IMG/VR virus record: IMGVR_UViG_2718218136_000004
DNA length: 56,412 nt
Source: a virus
Lineage: Duplodnaviria > Heunggongvirae > Uroviricota > Caudoviricetes
Strand: one strand, 5' to 3'
Shown: piece by piece, positions 9,026-18,390 of the stretch
Layout: each line of letters starts with the position of its first letter
Position numbering within the stretch: position 1 is the first letter of the stretch
Position numbers and translations under genes: made by a program
The notes under the pieces: generated by a model
What the model was told of the DNA's origin: nothing
The model's database searches: none
The model's input: the letters and a program-made list of their open reading frames with translations, nothing else

Positions 9026-9208
9026 ATGCGAAAGTTCAAAATAATTATTGAAACAGGAATAGCTGGTGGAGATTTTGAGGATGTATTCGAAGTGGACGAT
9101 GACGCAACACCAGATGAAATTCATGACGAAGCAAAAGAAATTTTCTTTAACTACTGCAATTACTCATATCACGAAATAAAAGACGAGGAGGAAGAACAAA
9201 ATGGCTGA
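9026..9208 (+). CDS. Hypothetical small acidic protein (nin-like region)
   Basis: 60-aa ORF. Confidence 0.4.
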   Translation: MRKFKIIIETGIAGGDFEDVFEVDDDATPDEIHDEAKEIFFNYCNYSYHEIKDEEEEQNG

Positions 9209-9377
9209 TTTTGGTTCAACTAAATACAATGTCAGTTTTGAAGAATGGCATGAACTGTTAATGGACTATGCAGAGTTACGTGGTGGAAGTGCTGCTGATG
9301 CTGAAGCCTGGCGTGATGACTACGAAGCAGGAAAAACACCTGTCGAAGCATATTGTGATGAGTGGGGCGATGAATGA
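9201..9377 (+). CDS. Hypothetical small protein
   Basis: 58-aa ORF MADFGSTKYNVSFEEWHELLMDYAELRGG... read from sequence; overlaps neighbours in operon-like fashion. Confidence 0.35.
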   Translation: MADFGSTKYNVSFEEWHELLMDYAELRGGSAADAEAWRDDYEAGKTPVEAYCDEWGDE

Positions 9378-9733
9378 GCGAGATTAATTATCAGGAAGGG
9401 CATGAAACGGTAGGGCAGGCAAAACCAGTTGCATGGCGATATCGCTATGTGAAAAAAAGCGTTACGGACTTTCAGGAGAAGATGTGGGTTGGTGACTGGA
9501 AATATGTACCGACAAAAGAGGATTGCAACGACAGGCCGAACTATGAAATTCAGGCGTTATTCACTGCACCGCCTGCGCCACTGACACCAGAAGGATTGAT
9601 TAAAGCAGTGCGCTTCTATGAACAGGTTAAGCGTGAGAATCCGCCAGTCGAAACCGGAGCATGGAAAGACGCGGTTGACTGGGTGCTCAAAGAGGCTTGC
9701 CAGGCTGTAAACATTGGCATCAAAGGAGACTGA
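9374..9733 (+). CDS. Hypothetical protein
   Basis: 119-aa ORF in a co-directional gene series. Confidence 0.45.
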   Translation: MSEINYQEGHETVGQAKPVAWRYRYVKKSVTDFQEKMWVGDWKYVPTKEDCNDRPNYEIQALFTAPPAPLTPEGLIKAVRFYEQVKRENPPVETGAWKDAVDWVLKEACQAVNIGIKGD

Positions 9734-9734
9734 T

Positions 9735-9944
9735 ATGGCTATTGCCGCAAGTTACACAATGCATCTCTATTGTGACTGCCGCCAGTGTACGGAAGGTGTA
9801 TATCCAGTGCCAGACTTCGGTGAGTATATAGGTACGTCATGGGCTGGCTGTGCAAAAGAGGCGCGCAAGGATGGCTGGCGAATAAGCAAAGACAAAACGC
9901 GTGCTTTTGCACCCGGGCATAAAGTTTTGAGGATTAATAAATGA
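9735..9944 (+). CDS. Hypothetical Cys-rich small protein
   Basis: Start at MAIAASYT with AAAGGAG RBS; CxCxxC-type cysteine pattern. Confidence 0.4.
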   Translation: MAIAASYTMHLYCDCRQCTEGVYPVPDFGEYIGTSWAGCAKEARKDGWRISKDKTRAFAPGHKVLRINK

Positions 9945-10621
9945 CCACTATAACCAAAGAGCGACTGCTGACAATCAAACAGTGGCGCGAAACATACGGA
10001 CCTGGTAGCAACGTTGTACTGCCAGCAGAAGAAGCGGAAGAACTGGCGCGGATTGCGCTGGCCTCGCTTGAGGCAGAGCCAGTTGGTGCATTCCACATTG
10101 CTGAACAGCAAGTTGACGGCACAAGTGACTATCTCAAGGATGGAGAATGGCCTATTGATAATGGGATTATTGAAGTCTACGCCGCTCCGCCAGTACCGGT
10201 AGTACCTGCTGCATTACCTGAGAACGACGATGAGGACGGGCATGACATTGATTATCTTGAGCCATCTGAAGTTTACGCGCTTGGGCGAACAGCTGGCTGG
10301 AACGCCTGCCGCGCCGCCATGCTTCATGGTAAATACGAACAACCACAAAACGCACAACAAAATATTCCGGAAAATATTCCCGGTGGCAACTCTCCGGTAA
10401 CTCCGGATAGTTGGATAAGCTGTAGTGAGCGAATGCCGAACGATAAACAGTATGTTTGGTGTTGGGGTAAGTCTTACGGCTGGACTGAGTGCAATACCTT
10501 CGAAGGGTATTACGATTGGTCGAGAAACAAATGGTGGGCAGTTACTGACGATGGGGAAGAACCGGCATCGAAAGTAACCCACTGGATGCCGATACCAGAA
10601 CCGCCGCAGGAGGCGAAATGA
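9941..10621 (+). CDS. DUF551-domain protein
   Basis: C-terminal WISCSERMP...VTHWMPIPEPP, characteristic of the DUF551 C-terminal domain common in enterobacterial prophages. Confidence 0.65.
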   Translation: MTTITKERLLTIKQWRETYGPGSNVVLPAEEAEELARIALASLEAEPVGAFHIAEQQVDGTSDYLKDGEWPIDNGIIEVYAAPPVPVVPAALPENDDEDGHDIDYLEPSEVYALGRTAGWNACRAAMLHGKYEQPQNAQQNIPENIPGGNSPVTPDSWISCSERMPNDKQYVWCWGKSYGWTECNTFEGYYDWSRNKWWAVTDDGEEPASKVTHWMPIPEPPQEAK

Positions 10622-10878
10622 TGAATGTAAAAGAGAAGGTTTTGCAGGTGATGCGTTCCCGGGCTGCCCTGCAAGATAAAGCTCTCGGCGGGGAATATCC
10701 ATTCAGGATGGCAACCTGGAATCTGCGGTTGGCAATGGAGAAGGAATTTCCTGATGAAGAATGGCGTTCGGCAGATTTGCGCAAAATTCTTATGGAGATG
10801 GCTAAAGACGGAACAGTATCCAAAGATACCCATGCCAGACGGATTGGTCAGGCGGTATGGAGACTGGAGGTGAGATAA
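10618..10878 (+). CDS. Hypothetical protein
   Basis: 86-aa ORF overlapping the upstream stop. Confidence 0.45.
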   Translation: MMNVKEKVLQVMRSRAALQDKALGGEYPFRMATWNLRLAMEKEFPDEEWRSADLRKILMEMAKDGTVSKDTHARRIGQAVWRLEVR

Positions 10879-10961
10879 TGAGCTGGCCTGAAGCATTCAC
10901 AACGGTAGGAATTGCGATGGCGGTGGCGCTGGTGGTGTATTCGATTTGCCGCTGGGGATAA
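10878..10961 (+). CDS. Small hydrophobic peptide (27 aa)
   Basis: MSWPEAFTTVGIAMAVALVVYSICRWG with strong GGAGGTGAG RBS. Confidence 0.35.
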   Translation: MSWPEAFTTVGIAMAVALVVYSICRWG

Positions 10962-11172
10962 AAACGGTTTGCGGGAAAAGGAGAGTTAAGTAGAATTGCA
11001 GCGGGTGCTTGAGGCTATCTGTCTCAGGCATGAACACCAAAAGGCAGATAGAGAAAAGCCCCAGTTAACATTACGCGTCCGGCAAGACGCTTAACATTAA
11101 TCTGAGGCTCAATCTATGAACGGCAAATCTAGGTTAGCCTCTTACGTGCCGAAAGGCAAGGAGAAGCAGGCT

Positions 11173-11328
11173 ATGAAGCAGCAAAAGGCGATGTTAGTCG
11201 CCCTGATCGTCATCTGTATTACCGTCATTGTGACGGCACTGGTAACGAGGAAAGACCTCTGCGAGGTACGAATCCGAACCGGCCAGACGGAGGTCGCTGT
11301 CTTCACAGCTTACGAACCTGAGGAGTAA
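11173..11328 (+). CDS. hokD: Hok/Gef-family type I toxin, HokD (RelF)-like
   Basis: MKQQKAMLVALIVICITVIVTALVTRKDLCEVRIRTGQTEVAVFTAYEPEE is near-identical to recalled K-12 HokD; AAGGAG RBS; upstream in-frame extension to 11116. Confidence 0.8.
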   Translation: MKQQKAMLVALIVICITVIVTALVTRKDLCEVRIRTGQTEVAVFTAYEPEE

Positions 11329-11471
11329 GAGACCTGGCGGGGGAGAAATCCCTCGCCACCTCTGATGTGTCAGGCATCCTCAACGCACCCGCACTTAACC
11401 CGCTTCGGCGTTTTTTCCGTTGATTAACTCTAGTTATTAGAGAACCGAACTTTTATTGATGGGGCAGGGAG

Positions 11472-11864
11472 ATGAAGAAACTTGTTTTAGTCGCAGGTGT
11501 AATGATTGCAACAGTAATGTTGGGAGGGTGTGCAGCAAAGGTCGATCCAGCGTTGAAAGCAGAAGCAATGAAGCCACTAACATGTAATGATGAAAAGCAA
11601 TGTGACTTTTATTGGAAACGAGCGCAATTCTGGTTGGCTAATAATTCCTCATGGAAAATTCAAACGGCGACAGACACGCTAATTTCCACTTATAACCCTT
11701 CACCAAATAGCCCATTCCTCGCTTATCAAGTGAGTAAAATGCCAAATGAAGATGGATCCGCAAGAATTTTCATCAAGCCTTTTTGCGATAATATGTTTGG
11801 CTGTCAACCAAACCCCTATCAGGCAATTGTTTCCTTTAAAAACTTCGTTAAAACTGGGCAGTAA
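11472..11864 (+). CDS. Putative lipoprotein (moron)
   Basis: Signal peptide with lipobox MLGGC; followed by intrinsic terminator. Confidence 0.6.
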   Translation: MKKLVLVAGVMIATVMLGGCAAKVDPALKAEAMKPLTCNDEKQCDFYWKRAQFWLANNSSWKIQTATDTLISTYNPSPNSPFLAYQVSKMPNEDGSARIFIKPFCDNMFGCQPNPYQAIVSFKNFVKTGQ

Positions 11865-11993
11865 TGTATAGCGGGACGGTAAATTATTAGTGAAAACGCT
11901 GTAAACCCTATGGATTGAGTCAGGATTTAATCCGATAATTATTCTATCGTTCCTTTACAAGTCCGGCATATTACCTTCAGTTTGTTTTAGCAT

Positions 11994-12020
11994 ACCCGCT
12001 TCGGCGGGTTTTGTTTTTTT
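11994..12020 (+). terminator. Intrinsic terminator after the lipoprotein gene
   Basis: CCCGC-TTCG-GCGGG stem-loop followed by TTTTGTTTTTTT. Confidence 0.55.
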
Positions 12021-12371
12021 CTGGCATTCTGGTTTACAATACGCACGCCAGCCTGAACAACTGGCACCTGCTGCGCCAGCAGAGACAACCGATGGCGCAC
12101 GATACCAAATTACACAATTCTAATGATTCTGCCGTCTTTGCCAGCAGGCGCGGACGGCGTTTTCACGTATTCAAATCAGACTGGTTCCAGCATCCTCCAT
12201 GCACTGAAGAGCAGGCGGAATGGATAATTCAGTGTTACCGCAGGCGCGGATACGAGGTTAAGAAAGCCCTCAGCCTCGATTATCGTCACTGGATAATCTA
12301 TGTCAGGCTCCCTTATTCCGAACGCCCACCGCGCCCATCCCGCACATACCAGCAACGGATCTGGAGGTAAC

Positions 12372-13427
12372 GTGCGGATATTACTTCGACCTGTTCTGGT
12401 ACCGGAACTTGGGCTGGTGGTCCTTAGGCCGGGCCGTGAATCCATGCAAGTATTTCATAACCCTCGAGTGCTGGTGGAGCCTGAACCGAAAAGCATGCGT
12501 AATCTGCCGTCCGGGGTCGTTCCTGCCGTTCGCCAGCCGCTGGTGGAAGACAAAACATTGCTGCCGTTTTTCAGTAACGCACGGGTGATTCGTGCTGCTG
12601 GTGGTGCTGGTGCATTGTCTGACTGGCTGTTGCGCCATATTAAATCCTGCCAGTGGCCACACGGCGATTATCATCACAGCGAAACCGTCATTCACCGTTA
12701 TGGTACCGGCGCAATGGTGTTGTGCTGGCACTGCGACAACCAGCTGCGTGACCAGACATCCGAATCACTCGAGCAACTTGCTCATCAAAACCTGTCAGCA
12801 TGGATGATTGACGTCATCGGTCACGCAATAAGCGGTACGCAGGAGCGTGAATTATCTCTGGCTGAATTATCCTGGTGGGCGGTCCGCAATCAGGTGGCGG
12901 ACGCGCTACCGGAAGCGGTATTACGTCGTTCGCTGGGGTTGCGTGCGGAAAAAATCCGCTCAATGTACCGTGAAAGCGACATCGTACCGGGAGAGCAGAC
13001 CGCCACCAGCATACTGAAGCAGCGCACAAAAAATCTTGCGCCGCTGCCTCACGCCCACCAGCAAAACCCGCCACAGGAAAAGACGGTGGTCAGCATTGCC
13101 GTTGATCCGGAGTCACCGGCTCAGTATCTCCAGCGCCAGAAACCACAACGGGAAGAGATGCCTGTATACACGCGTTGGGTAAAAACGCAGAAATGCATGA
13201 CGTGCGGTAATCAGGCAGATGATCCGCATCACATCATTGGTCATGGACTGGGAGGGATGGGAACAAAGGCTGATGATTTGTTTGTTATTCCTCTGTGCCG
13301 TAAATGTCATAACGAACTGCACGCCGGGGTAAAAGATTTTGAAGAAAAACACGGCAGCCAGCTGTTGTTGCTGATTCGTTTTTTAATGCACGCGAGAAAT
13401 TCGGGTGTCCTGAAGTGGAAAGCATGA
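12372..13427 (+). CDS. DUF968/NinG-like protein with C-terminal HNH-like zinc-binding motif
   Basis: C-terminal CMTCG...HHIIGHGLGG...CRKCHNELH; probable GTG start at 12372 after a GGAGG RBS. Confidence 0.5.
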   Translation: MRILLRPVLVPELGLVVLRPGRESMQVFHNPRVLVEPEPKSMRNLPSGVVPAVRQPLVEDKTLLPFFSNARVIRAAGGAGALSDWLLRHIKSCQWPHGDYHHSETVIHRYGTGAMVLCWHCDNQLRDQTSESLEQLAHQNLSAWMIDVIGHAISGTQERELSLAELSWWAVRNQVADALPEAVLRRSLGLRAEKIRSMYRESDIVPGEQTATSILKQRTKNLAPLPHAHQQNPPQEKTVVSIAVDPESPAQYLQRQKPQREEMPVYTRWVKTQKCMTCGNQADDPHHIIGHGLGGMGTKADDLFVIPLCRKCHNELHAGVKDFEEKHGSQLLLLIRFLMHARNSGVLKWKA

Positions 13428-13793
13428 ATGACTGAACGCATAGAATTTGTTTTGCCTTACCCGCCGACGGTGAATACCTACTGGCGACGTCATGGCAATA
13501 CGTATTTCATCTCGGAAGCCGGAAAGCGTTATCGCCGTGATGTGGCGCTAATTGTTCGCCAGCAGCGGCTGAAATTAAACCTGTCCGGAAGGCTGGCGAT
13601 AAAGATTATTGCAGAGCCACCGGATAAGCGCCGCCGCGACCTGGACAATATCCTGAAGGCACCACTGGATGCGCTGACGCATGCCGGACTTCTCATAGAC
13701 GACGAGCAGTTTGATGAAATCAATATTGTGCGCGGACTGCCTGTTCCTGGTGGTCGGCTGGGGATAAAAATCACAGAACTGGAGTGCGCATGA
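13428..13793 (+). CDS. rusA: Holliday junction resolvase RusA
   Basis: 121 aa; LPYPPTVNTYWR...RRRDLDNILKAPLDALT...GGRLGIKITELE matches the RusA family. Confidence 0.85.
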   Translation: MTERIEFVLPYPPTVNTYWRRHGNTYFISEAGKRYRRDVALIVRQQRLKLNLSGRLAIKIIAEPPDKRRRDLDNILKAPLDALTHAGLLIDDEQFDEINIVRGLPVPGGRLGIKITELECA

Positions 13794-14479
13794 ATAACCA
13801 GTATTTACAGTTTGTGCGTGAGCAGCTCATTATCGCTACCGCTGATTTGAGTGGGGCAACAAAAGGTCAGCTTGAAGCCTGGCAGGAGAATGCCATGTTT
13901 GATACAGGGCGTTACAGGCGTAAAAAAATCCGGTACCGCGATGAAGTGACTGGAAGAATGATAACGCGGGATAGTCCACCGATACCGGGAAAACAATCAC
14001 TGGCGAAAGGCTCATCAATTGCTCTGGTAAGTCAGGTTGAGTTTTCGACATCATCATGGCGACGGGCAGTTCTGTCTCTTGAAGAACATCATAAAGCCTG
14101 GTTGTTGTGGTGTTACAGCGGGATTATTTGTTGGGAATATCAGATCGCGATAACACAGTGGGCGTGGAATGAATTTAATACTCAATCCGGTACCAGAAAA
14201 ATTGCAGGGAAAACGCAGGAACGCCTGAAAAAATTAATCTGGCTGGCGGCGCAGGCAGTAAAAGCAGAACTTTTTGGTGGGGAAGGTTATGAATACCAGG
14301 AGCTGGCATTACTGGCGGGAGTGACAACTAAAAACTGGTCCAAAACATTTACTCGTCACTGGGTTGCAATGAAACACATTTTTCACCGACTTGATAGTGA
14401 GGCTTTATTGTTTGTAATGAGAACACGTTCAAAACAAAAGGCGGCATTTTCAAAGCAAAGTGTTGCAAAAGTAGATTGA
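13790..14479 (+). CDS. Putative late-gene antiterminator Q-like protein
   Basis: ~230-aa ORF immediately upstream of a promoter-plus-terminator unit and the tRNA/lysis region, the canonical Q position; family assignment by position more than sequence. Confidence 0.45.
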   Translation: MNNQYLQFVREQLIIATADLSGATKGQLEAWQENAMFDTGRYRRKKIRYRDEVTGRMITRDSPPIPGKQSLAKGSSIALVSQVEFSTSSWRRAVLSLEEHHKAWLLWCYSGIICWEYQIAITQWAWNEFNTQSGTRKIAGKTQERLKKLIWLAAQAVKAELFGGEGYEYQELALLAGVTTKNWSKTFTRHWVAMKHIFHRLDSEALLFVMRTRSKQKAAFSKQSVAKVD

Positions 14480-14491
14480 AAGGCATATATT
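14463..14491 (+). promoter_or_regulatory. Candidate late promoter pR' (TTGCAA-17 bp-TATATT)
   Basis: Sigma70-like -35/-10 with 17-bp spacing just after the Q-like gene and ~55 nt upstream of an intrinsic terminator. Confidence 0.4.
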
Positions 14492-14543
14492 TCATGCAAA
14501 TCTGATATTTTGCCGATTTTGTACGTGATGGCAAAAGCAAACA

Positions 14544-14570
14544 AAACCCGCCCACAAGCGGGTTTTTTTG
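14544..14570 (+). terminator. Intrinsic terminator (tR'-like)
   Basis: CCCGC-CCACAA-GCGGG stem-loop followed by TTTTTTT. Confidence 0.6.
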
Positions 14571-14689
14571 TGCCACTTATCTCGGATAGAAATGGTGAAT
14601 GCGCTGGTGGAGGAAGTAAGGGTAATTTTTAACTAGGTGATTCTTGAATGCTTGCAACATTTATTTCGTAACGTTATTATCCTGCGCCC

Positions 14690-14765
14690 GGCCCTTTAGC
14701 TCAGTGGTGAGAGCGAGCGACTCATAATCGCCAGGTCGCTGGTTCAAATCCAGCAAGGGCCACCA
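14690..14765 (+). tRNA. tRNA with CAU anticodon, tRNA-Ile2 (ileX/ileZ-like) or Met
   Basis: 76 nt; 7-bp acceptor stem GGCCCTT/AAGGGCC, D-arm with GG, anticodon loop CTCATAA, T-loop TTCAAAT, 3' CCA. Confidence 0.8.
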
Positions 14766-14766
14766 A

Positions 14767-14843
14767 CCGTCACCAGTTCATCAGGAAAGAGCGTCAACCC
14801 TTTAAGTTGAGTGTGCGAAGTTCGAGTCCCCGGTGGCGGTCCA
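14767..14843 (+). tRNA. tRNA-like sequence, non-canonical (possible pseudo-tRNA)
   Basis: Acceptor stem 7/7 paired (one G-U), D-stem GTTC/GAGC, anticodon stem TCAAC/GTTGA with loop CCTTTAA (C at position 33), T-loop TTCGAGT but T-stem does not pair. Confidence 0.3.
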
Positions 14844-14845
14844 GT

Positions 14846-14921
<76 letters not shown>

Positions 14922-14924
14922 TAT

Positions 14925-14999
<75 letters not shown>

Positions 15000-15202
15000 G
15001 TTAGAGTCTTTCAGTCTGCGATGATGGGAAATCCCGGAGTGACTGAAAGACGTTTAAGTTATGAATGATCGCCTTTTTTTGCAAAATTGCTGTGCAGAAA
15101 TACTAACCTTCGGGCAGGCGATCATTCATAAGCACTCTGCTTTTATTCCGATTAACTGTGGGTGGTTTGTTGGATAGAGTGCTTTCCTTACTGTATATAT
15201 TG

Positions 15203-15230
15203 TTTCGCCCGCTTTTGCGGGCTTTTCTTT
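15203..15230 (+). terminator. Stem-loop plus T-run upstream of the lysis cassette
   Basis: CGCCCGC-TTTT-GCGGGC followed by TTTTCTTTT. Confidence 0.4.
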
Positions 15231-15291
15231 TCAAATCCCTTTCATTTCTCAGTGTAAAACTACGCCATCCGTTATTTGCGGAGGTGAGGCT

Positions 15292-15507
15292 ATGAAATCC
15301 ATGGACAAAATTTCAACGGGCATTGCCTATGGCACCTCCGCAGGCAGTGCTGGCTACTGGTTTTTACAGTGGCTTGATCAGGTCAGTCCGTCACAGTGGG
15401 CTGCGATTGGTGTGCTGGGGAGTCTGGTTCTGGGCTTCCTGACTTATCTGACAAATCTGTACTTCAAAATCAGAGAAGACAAGCGTAAGGCTGCACGGGG
15501 AGAGTAA
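15292..15507 (+). CDS. Class II holin (pinholin), phage 21 S21-like, dual-start motif
   Basis: [63 protein letters not shown]... matches recalled S21; Met1/Met4 dual start; GGAGGTGAGG RBS. Confidence 0.85.
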   Translation: MKSMDKISTGIAYGTSAGSAGYWFLQWLDQVSPSQWAAIGVLGSLVLGFLTYLTNLYFKIREDKRKAARGE

Positions 15508-15511
15508 TTCA

Positions 15512-15862
15512 ATGACTCAAAACTATGAACTGATTGTGAAAGGGATCCGCAATTTTGAGAATAAAGTTACGGTAACTTTAGCGTTACGGGACAAAAAACG
15601 CTTTGACGGCGAAATTTTTGACCTGGACATCTCGCTGGACCGTGTTGAAGGTGCCGCGCTGGAGTTTTATGAGGCAGCAGCCAGAAGGAGCATCAGACAG
15701 GTCTTCCTGGATGTTGCTGCCGGGTTATGTGAAGGGGATGAGCAGTCGCCGGAAAAGCGCCCCGTAATTTTAGAGGCGCAGAATGTGTGGATAACCTGCA
15801 AAGGAAAGCTACCAGGAAGAATTACTGGTTCTCTGAAGACTCCTCCGGAATCACAACCTTAA
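15512..15862 (+). CDS. Hypothetical protein inserted between holin and endolysin
   Basis: 116-aa ORF with GGGGAG RBS; no recognised family. Confidence 0.45.
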   Translation: MTQNYELIVKGIRNFENKVTVTLALRDKKRFDGEIFDLDISLDRVEGAALEFYEAAARRSIRQVFLDVAAGLCEGDEQSPEKRPVILEAQNVWITCKGKLPGRITGSLKTPPESQP

Positions 15863-15925
15863 GTCACTGACCGGAACAGATAAACCTGTCCGTGGGCAGA
15901 AACCGATAAATCCTGATAAATATCC

Positions 15926-16459
15926 ATGAACGCAAAAATCAGATACGGCCTGTCGGCTGCCGTTCTGGCACTGATTGCCGTCGGTGCGCCCGCGCCTGAT
16001 ATTCTCGACCAGTTTCTGGATGAAAAAGAAGGTAACCACACAACGGCATACCGCGATGGTTCCGGCATCTGGACCATCTGTCGGGGTGCCACGATGGTGG
16101 ATGGAAAACCCGTTTTTCCCGGTATGAAACTGTCGAAGGAAAAATGCGACCAGGTCAACGCCATTGAGCGTGATAAGGCGCTGGCATGGGTGGAGCGCAA
16201 TATTAAAGTACCACTGACCGAACCACAGAAAGCGGGTATAGCGTCATTCTGTCCCTATAACATTGGCCCCGGTAAGTGTTTCCCGTCGACGTTTTATAAG
16301 CGGCTGAATGCCGGTGATCGTAAGGGCGCATGCGAGGCGATTCGCTGGTGGATAAAAGATGGTGGGCGCGATTGCCGCATACGTTCAAATAACTGCTATG
16401 GACAGGTTATTCGTCGTGACCAGGAAAGCGCATTAGCCTGTTGGGGGATAGATCAGTGA
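15926..16459 (+). CDS. SAR endolysin (signal-anchor-release lysozyme)
   Basis: N-terminal hydrophobic Gly/Ala-rich SAR-like segment [16 protein letters not shown] followed by lysozyme-like E...D...T region; position after pinholin. Confidence 0.75.
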   Translation: MNAKIRYGLSAAVLALIAVGAPAPDILDQFLDEKEGNHTTAYRDGSGIWTICRGATMVDGKPVFPGMKLSKEKCDQVNAIERDKALAWVERNIKVPLTEPQKAGIASFCPYNIGPGKCFPSTFYKRLNAGDRKGACEAIRWWIKDGGRDCRIRSNNCYGQVIRRDQESALACWGIDQ

Positions 16460-16923
16460 GCAGAGTCGCAGCGATTATTTATACTCTGGTTATCTGCACC
16501 ATCGTCTGCCTGTCGTGGGCGGTCAATCATTACCGTGATAACGCCATCGCCTACAAAGAACAGCGTGATAAAAAAGTCAGTGAGCTGAAGCAGGCGACTG
16601 CCACCATCGCTGACATGCAACAGCGTCAGCGTGATGTTGCTGCGCTCGATGCAAAGTACTCGAGAGAATTAGCCAATGCGAAAGCTGAAAATGAAACTCT
16701 GCGCGCTGATGTTGCCGCTGGTCGTAAGCGCCTGCGGGTCAATGCCAGTTGCTCCGCAGCCGTGCGTGAAGCCACCGGACCCACCAGCGTGGATAATGCA
16801 ACCAGCCCCCGACTGGCAGACACCGCTGAACGGGATTATTTCACCCTCAGAGAACGGTTGATGACGATGCAGAAGCAACTGGAAGGGGCACAGCTATACA
16901 TTCGTGAGCAATGTCTCAGATAA
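16456..16923 (+). CDS. Rz: Spanin inner-membrane subunit Rz
   Basis: [38 protein letters not shown]... closely matches lambda Rz; GTG start overlaps endolysin stop. Confidence 0.85.
   Translation: MSRVAAIIYTLVICTIVCLSWAVNHYRDNAIAYKEQRDKKVSELKQATATIADMQQRQRDVAALDAKYSRELANAKAENETLRADVAAGRKRLRVNASCSAAVREATGPTSVDNATSPRLADTAERDYFTLRERLMTMQKQLEGAQLYIREQCLR
16676..16861 (+). CDS. Rz1: Spanin outer-membrane lipoprotein Rz1, embedded in Rz in the +1 frame
   Basis: [22 protein letters not shown]...[30 protein letters not shown] matches lambda Rz1. Confidence 0.85.
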   Translation: MRKLKMKLCALMLPLVVSACGSMPVAPQPCVKPPDPPAWIMQPAPDWQTPLNGIISPSENG

Positions 16924-17101
16924 AAAACGGCCAAGGATAATCCGCTAAAGATTCGCCGGTGGCGAAAGAGAGCCAAGGTGCCAACCTACGCTATTACTTA
17001 TGATAATGCAACAGACGAAGCGGGACATTCAGGTGCATAACAAAGCGTGGCAGGTGAACTGCAAACCTGAAAAGGCGCAAAAATCTGCGCCAGAATGGTA
17101 G

Positions 17102-17587
17102 TTATTTTGTGGTTTTGAAAAGTTTCATGTACTGATTGATAGGTTTTCCTGAGTAAGAATCTGTCCCTGGCTCAGGAGTATCAGATAAAACTTTTGCAGC
17201 TAATTTGTTGGAGGCTTGATTACCAACCCCGACAATAGCCTCTACATAGAATTCATTGAAGGAATTTCTAAATCCGTATTGCATTTCTTCAATGCTGGCG
17301 ATGAGAAGTTGAGTACCGATGCCTTGCGCTTTATATTCATCGGCTACTGCATAGCCAACGCCAAAGCATGGTTTACCTTCAACAAACTCTGCAGGGACAT
17401 ATATAGCAACACCTTTAACATTTTCTCCTTCAAAGAATGCATAAGTAAACCGTGGTGTACCCTCTGCATCATCCAAAAGCACCTTCATATTTGGGTGAAC
17501 TATGCATGGTGAAGGCTTAATCAGACCATTAGAAAAGGCGTATTGAAAACTAATTAATGAGTCTGTTGGATCAACGAGTTCTGGCAT
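17102..17587 (-). CDS. GNAT-family acetyltransferase-like moron
   Basis: 161-aa ORF on the opposite strand in an AT-rich island; segment AVADEYKAQGIGTQLL resembles the GNAT acetyl-CoA binding motif. Confidence 0.55.
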   Translation of the reverse strand: MPELVDPTDSLISFQYAFSNGLIKPSPCIVHPNMKVLLDDAEGTPRFTYAFFEGENVKGVAIYVPAEFVEGKPCFGVGYAVADEYKAQGIGTQLLIASIEEMQYGFRNSFNEFYVEAIVGVGNQASNKLAAKVLSDTPEPGTDSYSGKPINQYMKLFKTTK

Positions 17588-17831
17588 TTTGAGTCCTATG
17601 TATTTTGATATAAGCGATTCAACATACTACTTTCTTACGTTTAATTCTTTAACATTAACGAGCCAGGATACGAAATTTTGAAAAAGAGTAAAGTTTTTAA
17701 TAATTCATTCAAAGCATATCGCATGTGCACATCTAAGAAAGGCTTTCAGCTGTGAGCCTGGGTAAACCGTAAACTTTCGGCGACTCTGCCGTGCGACAGG
17801 TTCACGTCTAACATGTCTAAAAGGAAGAGTT

Positions 17832-18032
17832 ATGAAGTTTCAGGTCGCTAAACTGTATCGTGGTAAACATTTCGCAGGGTATGGGATTGCAGTTGATGGT
17901 GAGTTACTGGAAGGGCAGCTTTCCGCCAGGACAGAGTCACGCGGAGGCGAGCCACCAACAGTCACTGTGACTTTCAGACTGACAGCAGAACATATCGAGA
18001 ATCAGCCCGTCATTCAACTGAACAGGGGGTGA
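17832..18032 (+). CDS. Hypothetical small protein
   Basis: 66-aa ORF with AAGGAAGAG RBS. Confidence 0.4.
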   Translation: MKFQVAKLYRGKHFAGYGIAVDGELLEGQLSARTESRGGEPPTVTVTFRLTAEHIENQPVIQLNRG

Positions 18033-18039
18033 GATATTT

Positions 18040-18390
18040 ATGCCATCACGAATCCCACGCGCCTGCCGTAAGCGTGGATGTGCAGGTACAACCACAGACA
18101 GTTCTGGTTACTGCGATAAACATCGTGGCGAAGGATGGGTACAGCATCAACGCGGACTGAGCCGCCACCAGCGTGGCTATGGCTCGAAATGGGATGCCAT
18201 ACGTGCGCGCATACTGAAGCGTGATAATCATCTGTGTCAGAACTGCCTGCGCAATGGGAGAGCCGTTGAAGCCAGAACTGTGGACCACATCATTCCGAAA
18301 GCTCATGGTGGCACGGATGCAGACAGTAACCTGCAGAGTCTGTGCTGGCCCTGTCATAAAGCAAAAACAGCGCGCGAACGCATCAATTGA
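18040..18390 (+). CDS. HNH endonuclease associated with the packaging module
   Basis: Cys-rich zinc finger plus DHIIPKAHGG...N...LCWPCH HNH motif; directly upstream of terS. Confidence 0.8.
   Translation: MPSRIPRACRKRGCAGTTTDSSGYCDKHRGEGWVQHQRGLSRHQRGYGSKWDAIRARILKRDNHLCQNCLRNGRAVEARTVDHIIPKAHGGTDADSNLQSLCWPCHKAKTARERIN

Noticed and set aside
12011-12370. 119-aa ORF upstream of the DUF968-like gene
   Set aside because: Its annotated start lies inside the T-run of the preceding terminator and internal ATGs have weak RBSs. Not called as a feature; it may still encode a small protein.
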